Shown here piece by piece: positions 20,003 to 29,169 of a stretch of 40,944 nt of DNA. The notes under the pieces are model-generated. The model searched no databases. It saw only the letters and a program-made list of their open reading frames with translations, and was not told the origin of the DNA. The DNA lies in the sequence record DRR378314_462; one strand, 5' to 3'. Position 1 is the stretch's first letter, and each line of letters opens with the position of its first letter. A program made the translations under genes and the position numbers.

Positions 20003-20116
20003 ATGTGGTATTTTGCCTGGCTTCTTGGTCTTCCTCTGGCGGCCGCCTTTGCGGTTATCAATGCTATGTGGCTGGAGATACAAGAAGATCGAAAACTGAC
20101 CGGAGATGAACAGTAA
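20003..20116 (+). CDS. cydX: Cytochrome bd oxidase small subunit CydX (37 aa; not in ORF track)
   Basis: MWYFAWLLGLPLAAAFAVINAMWLE..., AAGGA SD, directly after cydB. Confidence 0.95.
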   Translation: MWYFAWLLGLPLAAAFAVINAMWLEIQEDRKLTGDEQ

Positions 20117-20140
20117 TCACCTCCTGTGAAAATTGAAGTC

Positions 20141-20170
20141 AAAAAAAGGGGCCGTATCTGGCCCCTTTTT
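20141..20170. terminator. Bidirectional intrinsic terminator
   Basis: A7-GGGGCC-gtatct-GGCCCC-T5 between convergent operons. Confidence 0.88.
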
Positions 20171-20189
20171 AATTAATGCTGACCCTCCA

Positions 20190-21167
20190 TCAGAAGGAGA
20201 CTTCAACGCCCAAACCATTTTTATTTGCTTTTTCAAGCACGTAATGAGCCGTTGCCAAATCTTGCGCAGCGATGCCAAGGGATCGGTAAAATGTAATTTG
20301 ATCCGCACTGTTACGCCCAGGGATTTTACCGGCAAAAACCTCACCGATTTCGCCTTGCAGATAATCAGTGGTGAGTTTCCCAGCCTTGACCATATCCACA
20401 ATCTCACCGGCCTGCGCCTCCCAAGAAGGGCGATAATCAACCCATATCTGAGATTTCAAAACAGCTTCATCGTCCACTTCCCGCATGCTTGGAATGGAAG
20501 AGCCTACCACATTGATATGCATTCCCTGCTTCAACCAATCTCCCTTGAAGATTGGCGTGGGAGAAGATGTGACAGTGCAGATGATATCAGCATTCGTAAC
20601 CGCAGCTTCTATATCATCACCAGTTTCAATCTGCAGATCCGGATATTTATGCGCCGCCTCCTTCGCAAAATCAGCTGCCTTTGAGGCTGATCGGCCCGCC
20701 ACATAAAGGTTTTCAATTTCCCGAACAGCACAAATGGCATCCAAATGATGCTCCGCCTGCTCCCCATATCCAATGAGGGCAAGGGTCTTGGCATCCGGGC
20801 GCGCCAATGCACGGGTGGCTGCCCCGCTGGCAGCCGCTGTGCGAATGGCGGTCATCAGACCGGCATCCATCATGGCAATTGCCCCACCGGTTTCCGCTTC
20901 GAACAAGACAATCGCCCCCCGGTGAGAGGAGAGACCTTTCGCCGGATTATCTGGAAACAGGCTGACAAGCTTGACCCCGAAGCAGGCTGGATCCGTTATT
21001 GCGCCCGGCATGACCCCCATCAGATTTTTTCCGCCCACCGGATATGCATTTCGAAGAGGAAGTGTTTCCGTTCCAGCCGCGACGGGGATCATGGCTTTCT
21101 CAATGACGTCCACCGCCTCATCCATGCTCAGCAGGCTGGCCACATCTTCATTGCTAATTATTTTCAT
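20190..21167 (-). CDS. Ornithine cyclodeaminase/mu-crystallin family (DauB-like imine reductase)
   Basis: MPG, GVKLVS.FP.N, TAIRTAAAS, IGYGEQA, ADII.TVT, G.HINVVGS, RSLGIAAQD; ATGA overlap at 21164-21167. Confidence 0.92.
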   Translation of the reverse strand: MKIISNEDVASLLSMDEAVDVIEKAMIPVAAGTETLPLRNAYPVGGKNLMGVMPGAITDPACFGVKLVSLFPDNPAKGLSSHRGAIVLFEAETGGAIAMMDAGLMTAIRTAAASGAATRALARPDAKTLALIGYGEQAEHHLDAICAVREIENLYVAGRSASKAADFAKEAAHKYPDLQIETGDDIEAAVTNADIICTVTSSPTPIFKGDWLKQGMHINVVGSSIPSMREVDDEAVLKSQIWVDYRPSWEAQAGEIVDMVKAGKLTTDYLQGEIGEVFAGKIPGRNSADQITFYRSLGIAAQDLATAHYVLEKANKNGLGVEVSF

Positions 21168-22006
21168 GCTTCTGTGAGGCTCCCTTCTTTCCATGTCGGT
21201 CCAGTTACTTCCAGCTCCAACACCTCTTCAAGCAAAGACGTATATAACGCAGGACGTGCCACATACGGGAAATGGCCACCAAAGAGGAACCGATAGGCCC
21301 GGCTGGGTTGCAGTCGCGCCCGAACCGCATCCCGCATTTCAACTGGAATTAACGGATCATCCGAAGCTTCGATCGTCACCACATCAGATGTGTTGGGCAA
21401 TAATTCTGGCCCGAACTTCAATGCTGAAAGGCGGGCCCGAAGTTCTGCTTCCAAAATACGGCCCCCGGCCTCTTGTAATAATAGCTCCACCAACTCGGCC
21501 TGATCCGGATGGGCTTCCTTCCAGGCGCCAAGGCCTGCGCCAAAACCAGCCCGCAGCTGTTCAATCGGTGCCGCTGCCAAATCTGCGGAATAAGGTGGTC
21601 TTTCATTCATCCCGATAACAGAGTGAAGCGTATTCGCAGCAATCAGTTTGGTAATCCGTTCCGGATGACTGGCTGCAAAATACTGTGCAAGATATCCCCC
21701 CAGGGAAGATCCAAGCAGCGTGCATTTTTCAATATTCAACTGATCGAACAAACTTAGGAGATCTGCTGTCCACTCTTCAATTCCCCCGCTGTCCGGATAG
21801 CTGATTGCAATAATACGAACCCGGTCTTTCAACGCATCGATTTGCTGCCAAAAAACGTCGCCGCGCCCTAATGTTCCGGGGATCAAGACAAGAACCTGAC
21901 CGGTTCCGATGTCCCGATACCCCCAATCCCGGCCATTTAGAATGATCCGTTGCTCGGGATTTTGGGTTGCGAATTTGTCGCGGCTTTCGATTAATGAATT
22001 GGTCAT
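21164..22006 (-). CDS. Alpha/beta hydrolase (maspardin-like)
   Basis: Nucleophile elbow GSSLGG, acid DDP, GGHFPY. Confidence 0.85.
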   Translation of the reverse strand: MTNSLIESRDKFATQNPEQRIILNGRDWGYRDIGTGQVLVLIPGTLGRGDVFWQQIDALKDRVRIIAISYPDSGGIEEWTADLLSLFDQLNIEKCTLLGSSLGGYLAQYFAASHPERITKLIAANTLHSVIGMNERPPYSADLAAAPIEQLRAGFGAGLGAWKEAHPDQAELVELLLQEAGGRILEAELRARLSALKFGPELLPNTSDVVTIEASDDPLIPVEMRDAVRARLQPSRAYRFLFGGHFPYVARPALYTSLLEEVLELEVTGPTWKEGSLTEA

Positions 22007-23454
22007 GCGAACGGATCCTCGATTTTTGGCCAGTAGTTGGGCTGGCGGTGTTGATAGGGAATATTGGCAAAATCGGGAGTTATCGCTCCAGGTGTTGCCA
22101 CAGGTATCACCAGAGATGCGATAGGGCCAAATCCCGCTTGATAATGATTGGAAGATTTAACGCAAACGATCTTCTTCTTAGAAAGATCAATGCCCAGCCC
22201 TTCGAAAGCTTCTGGATGGAATGTTTGGGTCCGCGTATCGTTTATCACAATATCGATCCCGTCGGCCTCAACCCAGACGGCTTCACCCAATGATGTTGGA
22301 AGACGGCCAAAGCGTTGTGTGAGACCCTTCATACATTTTCGAACCGTCACGTTCAGATCCAAAGGGTCACCTGACATCGGACCACATTTCCCGCCGAGCC
22401 TTAAAGACAAGGTTGCCCCCTCCCCGGCTTCGCGGCAAATGCGAACGGCAATGGGATCCCAAAAGACACCCGTTGCCACATTGGTGATGCCCCGCGCCAA
22501 TAAGGCACGAAGCAGAAAAGTTGCATCACTGGGGGCCCCGCCGCCAGCATTATCGGACACATCACCCAGAACAACCGGACCTTTCGGTTCCGCAACCGCC
22601 CGGTCCAGCGCTGTTTCCATATCGGTAATTTCAGTATAGAGCTCATGACGAATGGCAAATAACTCTCGGCCCAAATCCGCAGCCGTTTTTTCGGCAAGAT
22701 CAGCATCACCATCGGTTATGGCAAAGGCCCTCGCCCCGGTTTTCGGATGATCCCCCCACGGAAATCCATGAGCAATAGAAAGAGACAGGATCCCCGGCTC
22801 TTTTTCTCGCTCTATCATGGCGTCAACAAAGCCCCGCATTGCAGGAAGTTGTGTCGGCATCGCGACAATCATACGACAATCAAACTCCCGCATGACCGGC
22901 GTTATTTCCCCTTTGGCCGCTTGATCCGCCAAGCGAAACAGTTCCACCGCCCGTTCGGGAATATCCACATGCGGGTATTCTTTAAAGGCAATCAACAGAC
23001 TTGCTTTTGTTAGCATGGTTTCTGTCAAATGGCAGTGAGGATCCAGAAGGCCGCCAATGACGGCGTTGGGTGCCACCTCTCGGCAATGAGCGATCAAATC
23101 CCCTTCACAATCCTCGTAACCATCTGCAATCATCCCGCCATGCAGGGCCAGTAGAATAATATCCACCGGAGGCGCTTTTTTCAGGTCCGCTACAATTTCA
23201 TCCCGGAACCCTTCATAAACCTGCCGGACCGTAAGGCCTGCTGGCTGGGCATGTGCGGACAGGCTCTCAATGACCTCATGACCCGCGGTTTCGGCTTTTT
23301 CCCGCCAAATATGTAAAGGCGAAGTCCAATACTGGACCGGATCCGCCGTGGCGTTGCCATGATGGATCATGACTTCCTCAAAGCTTTGCATTCCGGTTGG
23401 AAGCGGGGAAAACGAGTTTGTCTCGGTACTCAGGCCCGCGATAAAAACTTTCAT
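22003..23454 (-). CDS. M81 family metallopeptidase (MlrC-like)
   Basis: ETNSFSP, LALHGGM..DG..DCEGD, LDPHCH, YPHVD, D..DNAGGG..SD, VKS..H. Confidence 0.92.
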   Translation of the reverse strand: MKVFIAGLSTETNSFSPLPTGMQSFEEVMIHHGNATADPVQYWTSPLHIWREKAETAGHEVIESLSAHAQPAGLTVRQVYEGFRDEIVADLKKAPPVDIILLALHGGMIADGYEDCEGDLIAHCREVAPNAVIGGLLDPHCHLTETMLTKASLLIAFKEYPHVDIPERAVELFRLADQAAKGEITPVMREFDCRMIVAMPTQLPAMRGFVDAMIEREKEPGILSLSIAHGFPWGDHPKTGARAFAITDGDADLAEKTAADLGRELFAIRHELYTEITDMETALDRAVAEPKGPVVLGDVSDNAGGGAPSDATFLLRALLARGITNVATGVFWDPIAVRICREAGEGATLSLRLGGKCGPMSGDPLDLNVTVRKCMKGLTQRFGRLPTSLGEAVWVEADGIDIVINDTRTQTFHPEAFEGLGIDLSKKKIVCVKSSNHYQAGFGPIASLVIPVATPGAITPDFANIPYQHRQPNYWPKIEDPFA

Positions 23455-23467
23455 TTTTGGAAACTTT

Positions 23468-24004
23468 CTACTGCTTGAAATCTTCAGGTTGAGGCTGGTT
23501 ACTTATCCGCATCAAAATGCCGGCAAGCATATGGATCAAAATAAGGGTAAAGGCAATCGGCACAGCAGAGGTGAACCAGATCATCTGCAGCGGTAACATT
23601 TCAGCCTGACGTCCTAAACTCCGCCCCAAAAAGCCCAGGGCCATGTTCATATTAATGCCAAAGATGGAATACCAGATCACAGGCACCGCAAAGAGCGTGA
23701 CACCGCAGGCCCGGATCAAGCCAAGGCTCATCCCGGCAAAACCGGGGACTTTGACCATGGCGGGAAATAAAGTCGGATCTGCGTGCAGACGAAAGGCAGC
23801 TGATGCCCCAAGCATTCCAGCCCAAACCATAGCCCGCCTCGCCAACTCTTCAGTCCAAACGGGTGGTGCGTCCAGTATATACCGGCTCACCACCTGCCAG
23901 GACGCGGCAAATACCATGACTGCGACTGCCAGAACCGCCCCCCAAAGGGCAACCCTATTCAGCCAGAGGGAAAGCTGATCAAGATATCTTGCCGCCCGTT
24001 TCAT
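23468..24004 (-). CDS. dctQ: TRAP transporter small permease
   Basis: QVVSRY......WTEELAR..MVW...LGA; 4 TM. Confidence 0.9.
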   Translation of the reverse strand: MKRAARYLDQLSLWLNRVALWGAVLAVAVMVFAASWQVVSRYILDAPPVWTEELARRAMVWAGMLGASAAFRLHADPTLFPAMVKVPGFAGMSLGLIRACGVTLFAVPVIWYSIFGINMNMALGFLGRSLGRQAEMLPLQMIWFTSAVPIAFTLILIHMLAGILMRISNQPQPEDFKQ

Positions 24005-24007
24005 TGC

Positions 24008-24985
24008 TTATTTCCCTTTAGCTTTTTCCCATTCAGCAATTTGCTCCTGGGAGAGAAGACCACTGTTGTAAGCCGGTGCAGACGCTTTGCGAAATTCTTC
24101 CCGCTGGGCTTCTGTCAGCTTTGAAATGGTGACGCCAGCCGCCTCCAGTTTTCCAAGTACCGCATCCTGGGTCTTCAGCCATTCACGGTTTGCTTTATTG
24201 GCGGCGGCAACGCCCATATCAACAACTTCCCGATCTTTCTTGCTGAGCCCCTGATACCAGGATTCCGATGCAATTGTGATCCGTAAAGAAGGGGCAACTG
24301 CCGCATTTGTGAAATATTTGATGAAATCAGTATGCCCGAACAGAAGCGGCACAAAAGCCGGGTTCATATAGCCATCAGCAACACCTGTCTGCAGTGCGTT
24401 GGGAACTTCCGCCCAACTGACGATAGTTCCGGTTGCCCCCCATGCTTTGTAAAGCTCAATCTGGCTTTCATCCAGCGCCCGCATGCGCAGCCCTTTCATA
24501 TCTGCAAGGGAATTAACCGGTTTCTTGGTATTAAAAATACCGGTCGCCTGACCGACTGCATTGACGGCCAGAACGCGAACACCGCTTGGGATCGTCTTTT
24601 CATTGATCTTTGCCAGCATACCGCCTTCAATCATGGCATGGTCTACTTCTGCCATGCTGGAAAAGAAATACGGAAGACGCAGACCGTAAATCAACTTATC
24701 CAATGAGCCGACAATATTCAAAGGTGACATGGAGACTTCAAGAAGGCCCTGGCTGACCTGATCGAACAATTCATCATCACCACCAAGTGCTCCGCGTTGA
24801 TATTCTTCGGCTTCAACCCCGTTTTCATTCAAATATGTGTTGAACGTATGGGCCCAAACATAACTTCCTGATCCTTCAAGATTTGGGGGGCTATCCAGTG
24901 CAATTTTGACTTCTGCACCGGCAGTCCCGGACAAAGCAAGTCCGGTTGCCACCAAACCTGTCATAACTAATTTACGAATTCCCAT
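24008..24985 (-). CDS. dctP: TRAP transporter substrate-binding protein
   Basis: Signal peptide; GALGGD, LPYFF, DMKGLRMR, WAEVPNALQTGVADG; start 24985 with AAGGAG SD. Confidence 0.92.
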   Translation of the reverse strand: MGIRKLVMTGLVATGLALSGTAGAEVKIALDSPPNLEGSGSYVWAHTFNTYLNENGVEAEEYQRGALGGDDELFDQVSQGLLEVSMSPLNIVGSLDKLIYGLRLPYFFSSMAEVDHAMIEGGMLAKINEKTIPSGVRVLAVNAVGQATGIFNTKKPVNSLADMKGLRMRALDESQIELYKAWGATGTIVSWAEVPNALQTGVADGYMNPAFVPLLFGHTDFIKYFTNAAVAPSLRITIASESWYQGLSKKDREVVDMGVAAANKANREWLKTQDAVLGKLEAAGVTISKLTEAQREEFRKASAPAYNSGLLSQEQIAEWEKAKGK

Positions 24986-25025
24986 CGATCTTCTCCTTGT
25001 TAGATGTTTCTTCATTTTAATTTTT

Positions 25026-26315
25026 TTATCCGCCGCCCATGAACCCCAATGCCCTGGGCAAATACAAACTGATTTCCGGTACGCGAACCAACAGGATCAA
25101 CACCCCGATCTGCACCAGAACAAAGGGAAGTATCCTCCACGCCAATCGCCAGTAATTCACGCCTGTGACTGTTGAGACGACAAGCAGGCATCCCCCCAAA
25201 GGCGGGGAGACCAAACCAATACAGAGGTTAAAGCAAAGAACAATCCCCAAATGAACAGGATCGGCCCCATGAGCCAAAGCAATAGGCGCAAGGAGTGGCA
25301 CCAGCAATGCCAATGCCACCGGAATATCCAGCACCATCCCCGCAATCAGGAAAATCACGTTCAATGCGATCATATAATCGGTCGGCCCAAGTCCAAGAGC
25401 GGCAACTGTATCTGAAATCGCTTCCGGGATCCGCTCAAGTGCGCCCAAATACCCAAGCGCAGATACCGCGCAGATAATGATGAAGATAGACCCCGACAGC
25501 ATGGCAGTTCGGCGAAGCCCCTCCAGAACAGAATCCCACTTCAGACCTTCATAGAACCAGCCCGCGCCAAGGGCGGCGAAAACAGCAACGGCGGCGGCCT
25601 CGGTCGGTGTCATCCAGCCAAACACGATCCCCCCCAGAATGATCACGGGCAACAGCAAAGCTGGCAGGGAATTCAACAATGTCGGAAGGAACGCAGGCGC
25701 ATCGCCTGCCTCAACCCGAGGATGATCGTGCCGCCATGCAAAAAAGGCGTTCACAATGATTAGAGAGCCCGCCAGAATTAACCCGGGAAAAATCCCAGCC
25801 AGAAAAAGAGACGTGACAGATGTCCCCATTAACGCCCCATAGAATATCAGAATGATGGAGGGGGGTACAATCGGACCGATGATTGAGGAGGCTGCAGTTA
25901 TTGCACTGGCATAAGTCAGGGAATATCCCCGCTCCCGCATGGCAGGGACAAGCGTATTGGAAAGGGCGGCGGCATCTGCGACCGCAGAGCCGGAAATTCC
26001 GGCAAAAAACACACTTGTCAAAATATTCACATGCCCAAGGCCACCCCGAAGGCGCCCCACCAGCGCCATGGAAAGGTTTATCAGTGCCGTTGTCACCCCA
26101 CCCCGGTTCATAAATTCCCCTGCGAGAATGAAAAGCGGCATGGCCATCAAGGCGAACACATCTATTTTAGAAAAAATCTGCTGCGGCAGGATCGCAAGAT
26201 ACCGCCCCTTATCAGCCAATATGAACGCCAACACCGTGCTGCCACCAATCACATAGGCGATGGCAAGACCGGAGGCGAGCAGAATAATCGCAATAAGCGG
26301 AACAAGCTGGATCAT
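25026..26315 (-). CDS. dctM: TRAP transporter large permease
   Basis: AMPLFILAGEFM, GISGSAVAD, PIVPPSI, TPTEAA, DPVHLG, SPPLG. Confidence 0.95.
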   Translation of the reverse strand: MIQLVPLIAIILLASGLAIAYVIGGSTVLAFILADKGRYLAILPQQIFSKIDVFALMAMPLFILAGEFMNRGGVTTALINLSMALVGRLRGGLGHVNILTSVFFAGISGSAVADAAALSNTLVPAMRERGYSLTYASAITAASSIIGPIVPPSIILIFYGALMGTSVTSLFLAGIFPGLILAGSLIIVNAFFAWRHDHPRVEAGDAPAFLPTLLNSLPALLLPVIILGGIVFGWMTPTEAAAVAVFAALGAGWFYEGLKWDSVLEGLRRTAMLSGSIFIIICAVSALGYLGALERIPEAISDTVAALGLGPTDYMIALNVIFLIAGMVLDIPVALALLVPLLAPIALAHGADPVHLGIVLCFNLCIGLVSPPLGGCLLVVSTVTGVNYWRLAWRILPFVLVQIGVLILLVRVPEISLYLPRALGFMGGG

Positions 26316-27442
26316 GCGGCAATCCCCATTCGGTTTCTGGACAAATCAATTTCCGTCACGCCTTGATCAACAAGATCTGAAGGAAGTGGTTTTGACAGCA
26401 CCAAAGCCGCTGCCGCCCTGGCCAGCGCGGGAGCCGTTTGAATGCCATATCCCCCCTGCCCGGCAAGCCAGAAAAAGCCGGGCGCTGCGGGATCATATCC
26501 AGCCACCGGGCATTTATCGGCGACGAAACTTCTAAGTCCGGCCCATTTATGATCAATCCGCCGAACGTTCAGATCAAATGCCTTTTCAATGCGATCCACA
26601 CAAATCGCGACATCAAGGTCTTCGGGTTGTGCATCGCAAGGCACAGATGGAGTTTCATCAGCCGGTGATAACAGTAACTTGCCTGCATCCGGCTTCAGAT
26701 AAAACTCCTCATCAACATCTACTGTCATGGGGTAACTTTCAATCACTGCACCGGCTGGCGGTGAGACAAGGAGTGCTGTCCGACGCTTGGGAACAAGATC
26801 GATCGGCGAAATTCCCGCCAACGATGCGAGAGGATCTGCCCATGCCCCGGCCGCATTGACTACAATTGGCGCCTTGAAACGATGCGAACCAGTTTCAACG
26901 CACCAGTTCGACCCAGATCTATCAAGCCCGATCACCTCCTGGTGACAAGAGAGTTCACCCCCCAAAGATTTGAAAGTCTTCAAATAAATCTGATGCAGCC
27001 CATCCACATCAATGTCGGAGCTATTTGGATCATACAGGGCGTTCGTCACATAAGATGTCCGAAGCAAAGGCAGCCGGTCGTTAGCCCCGGCCCCATCTAA
27101 TAACTGAACCGCATCTTTGAAATCTTCGTGCATGACAGCCAGAGTTTCTTTTTGATCCTGACGGGCTAAGAACAAAAGACCCCGCGGCTTTAGAAGGTCA
27201 CCGCTAAAATGGCTAGTGTTTGGGTTCTTAAAAAACGGGACGGAAGCGCGGGACAAGGCGCGAATGACAGGTGGACCATAAAGACACGTGAAAACTGCGG
27301 CAGAACGCCCTGTAGTGTGATAGCCAGGCTGGGCTTCTCTTTCCAGCAATATGACTTTGTTTGATCCGGCGAGCTCCGCCGCTATCGACGCCCCTGCGAT
27401 GCCGGCTCCGATGACAATAATATCACAAGCGTTTTCTTGCAC
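26312..27442 (-). CDS. FAD-dependent D-amino acid dehydrogenase, DauA (D-arginine dehydrogenase)-like
   Basis: IGAGIAGAS, LEREAQPGYHTTGRSAA, VNAAGAWAD, PKRRTA, FYLKPDAG, WAGLRSFVAD, GQGGYGIQT. GTG at 27442 preferred (ORF track starts at 27487). Confidence 0.88.
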   Translation of the reverse strand: MQENACDIIVIGAGIAGASIAAELAGSNKVILLEREAQPGYHTTGRSAAVFTCLYGPPVIRALSRASVPFFKNPNTSHFSGDLLKPRGLLFLARQDQKETLAVMHEDFKDAVQLLDGAGANDRLPLLRTSYVTNALYDPNSSDIDVDGLHQIYLKTFKSLGGELSCHQEVIGLDRSGSNWCVETGSHRFKAPIVVNAAGAWADPLASLAGISPIDLVPKRRTALLVSPPAGAVIESYPMTVDVDEEFYLKPDAGKLLLSPADETPSVPCDAQPEDLDVAICVDRIEKAFDLNVRRIDHKWAGLRSFVADKCPVAGYDPAAPGFFWLAGQGGYGIQTAPALARAAAALVLSKPLPSDLVDQGVTEIDLSRNRMGIAA

Positions 27443-27486
27443 GCCGTCATACCCCCACTTTTTATTTCCTAAAACCGTAACACTCA

Positions 27487-27524
27487 TTTTCCGATAGGAA
27501 AAGAATTTTTTTCCAATAGGAAAA
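27487..27524. promoter_or_regulatory. Tandem palindromic operators
   Basis: TTTTCC-gata-GGAAAA (27487-27502) and TTTTCC-aata-GGAAAA (27509-27524), 22 bp apart. Confidence 0.75.
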
Positions 27525-27529
27525 TTCAG

Positions 27530-27558
27530 TTGGCACCGCAGACAAGTGTTTTTATAAT
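27530..27558 (+). promoter_or_regulatory. Sigma70 promoter for the XRE regulator
   Basis: TTGGCA-N17-TATAAT, ending 7 nt before the ATG at 27565. Confidence 0.7.
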
Positions 27559-27564
27559 CAGCCC

Positions 27565-28161
27565 ATGATCAAAAGTCCGACATCCGAAAAACAGCGAAAT
27601 GAGTTTGGCAAGCGCCTTCGCGATCTGCGACAGGAAAGGGGCTGGACTCTTTCTGAAGTCGCGGAACGCTCAGGCCTTGCCATTTCTACCGTTTCAAAGG
27701 TGGAGCGGGGAATTATGTCACTAACCTATGATCGCTTGGCTTTATTGGCGTCCGGCCTTGGTGTTGATATGGCGACTTTCTTCTCTGCCAAGGGACAAAA
27801 TTTTAAGCCGGGCAGTTTTGCTGTCGCGCGAAAAGGTGAGTTTGAACAGCAGGAGACAAAGAATTATGTCTACGACATGCTGTTCCCGGATATTTGGCAT
27901 AAGTCAATGACCCCAATGATGGGTACCTTAAAAGCCCATGATATTCTGGATTTTGAGGATTTTGTTCGGCACCCCGGGCAGGAGTTTTTATTCGTGATTG
28001 AGGGTGTGGTGACTGTTCATATGGAAAGCGATGAAGCTGTCACTCTGCAAGCTGGGGAAAGCATCTATTTTGATAGTGCCCGAGGGCATCTTTATGCATC
28101 CACTGGGGATCAAGACGCGCGGATTCTTGTCGTCTGTACAGCGATTGAAACTGATACATAA
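27565..28161 (+). CDS. XRE-family HTH + cupin transcriptional regulator
   Basis: GKRLRDLRQERGWTLSEVAERSGLAISTVSKVERG; cupin HPGQEF..VIEG...L..GESIYFDS..GH. Confidence 0.94.
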   Translation: MIKSPTSEKQRNEFGKRLRDLRQERGWTLSEVAERSGLAISTVSKVERGIMSLTYDRLALLASGLGVDMATFFSAKGQNFKPGSFAVARKGEFEQQETKNYVYDMLFPDIWHKSMTPMMGTLKAHDILDFEDFVRHPGQEFLFVIEGVVTVHMESDEAVTLQAGESIYFDSARGHLYASTGDQDARILVVCTAIETDT

Positions 28162-28168
28162 ATCAAGT

Positions 28169-29065
28169 CTATCCCTTTGATTTCTTTGCACGCGCTAAAA
28201 TAAAAAGTCCGGACAAAACAATAACGCCGCAGCCAACCATCATCGGTAAATCGATGGTTTCGTTAAAGAAGATTACGCCAAGCCCTATCCCAAACATCAA
28301 ACGCGTGTAGCGAAAGGGTGTGACCACTGAAACAGCACCTGTTCTCATCGCTTTCATCAAACTGGTATAGGCACCAGCCCCCCAAAGCACTGCCAGCACC
28401 AGATAGGACATTGTCTCCAGCGACGGCATCAAAAAGGGTTTTTGCTCCCATACCCCATATAACCCACCGGCCAGTATAATCGCGATAAACCCGTAAAAGC
28501 CCAAGACAGATGCGCTTAAACTTCTCGGCGCTGCCCGACTTGCAAGATCCCGCCCAGCAAATCCCAACATGCCAATTACGGCCAGGATAGACAAGGCTGA
28601 GAAACTATCTGCTGCCGGCCGCAGAATAATCAATACTCCGATCAACCCGATGCAGATTGCTGTCCAACGGCGCCAGCCAACTTTCTCTTTAAAAAAAATT
28701 GCCGCTCCCAGCACCACAACAATGGGCGTTGCCTGCAAGATCGCCGTTGTTGCCGATAAAGAGGAAAACGCAAGCGCCAACACATAAAACAGACGCCCTA
28801 CGACTTCAAAGCAGATGCGAACCCGCATCGCCAGGGAAACACTATCTCTTATAAATATTGGCTCATTGCGATAAAGCGCGAGGATCAAAAAAACAATCGC
28901 TCCCCCAACCCCGAACAAGACCAGCACCTGGGCCACCGGTAAGCTTTCTGCAACGGCTTTGATAAACGCATCCTCAACCGCGAAAGCAGCCATCGCCACA
29001 ATCATCCAAATACTACCCAGCAGATTTGCCTGCCGATCTTCTTGAATGTGATCCGTTGAAGTCAT
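28169..29065 (-). CDS. DMT/EamA family transporter
   Basis: ~10 TM; A.AILQATP, F.EKVGWRRW.AI..G..GVLIILRP, V.PFRYTRL. Confidence 0.92.
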   Translation of the reverse strand: MTSTDHIQEDRQANLLGSIWMIVAMAAFAVEDAFIKAVAESLPVAQVLVLFGVGGAIVFLILALYRNEPIFIRDSVSLAMRVRICFEVVGRLFYVLALAFSSLSATTAILQATPIVVVLGAAIFFKEKVGWRRWTAICIGLIGVLIILRPAADSFSALSILAVIGMLGFAGRDLASRAAPRSLSASVLGFYGFIAIILAGGLYGVWEQKPFLMPSLETMSYLVLAVLWGAGAYTSLMKAMRTGAVSVVTPFRYTRLMFGIGLGVIFFNETIDLPMMVGCGVIVLSGLFILARAKKSKG

Positions 29066-29169
29066 TGAGATATGCCGTTTGCTGTGCAGCTCTGATCGAA
29101 AAAAGCCACGAAGAAGAGAAACCAGATTCTATATACAAAAAATCATAGGGCATAACCAACGGATAGTTG

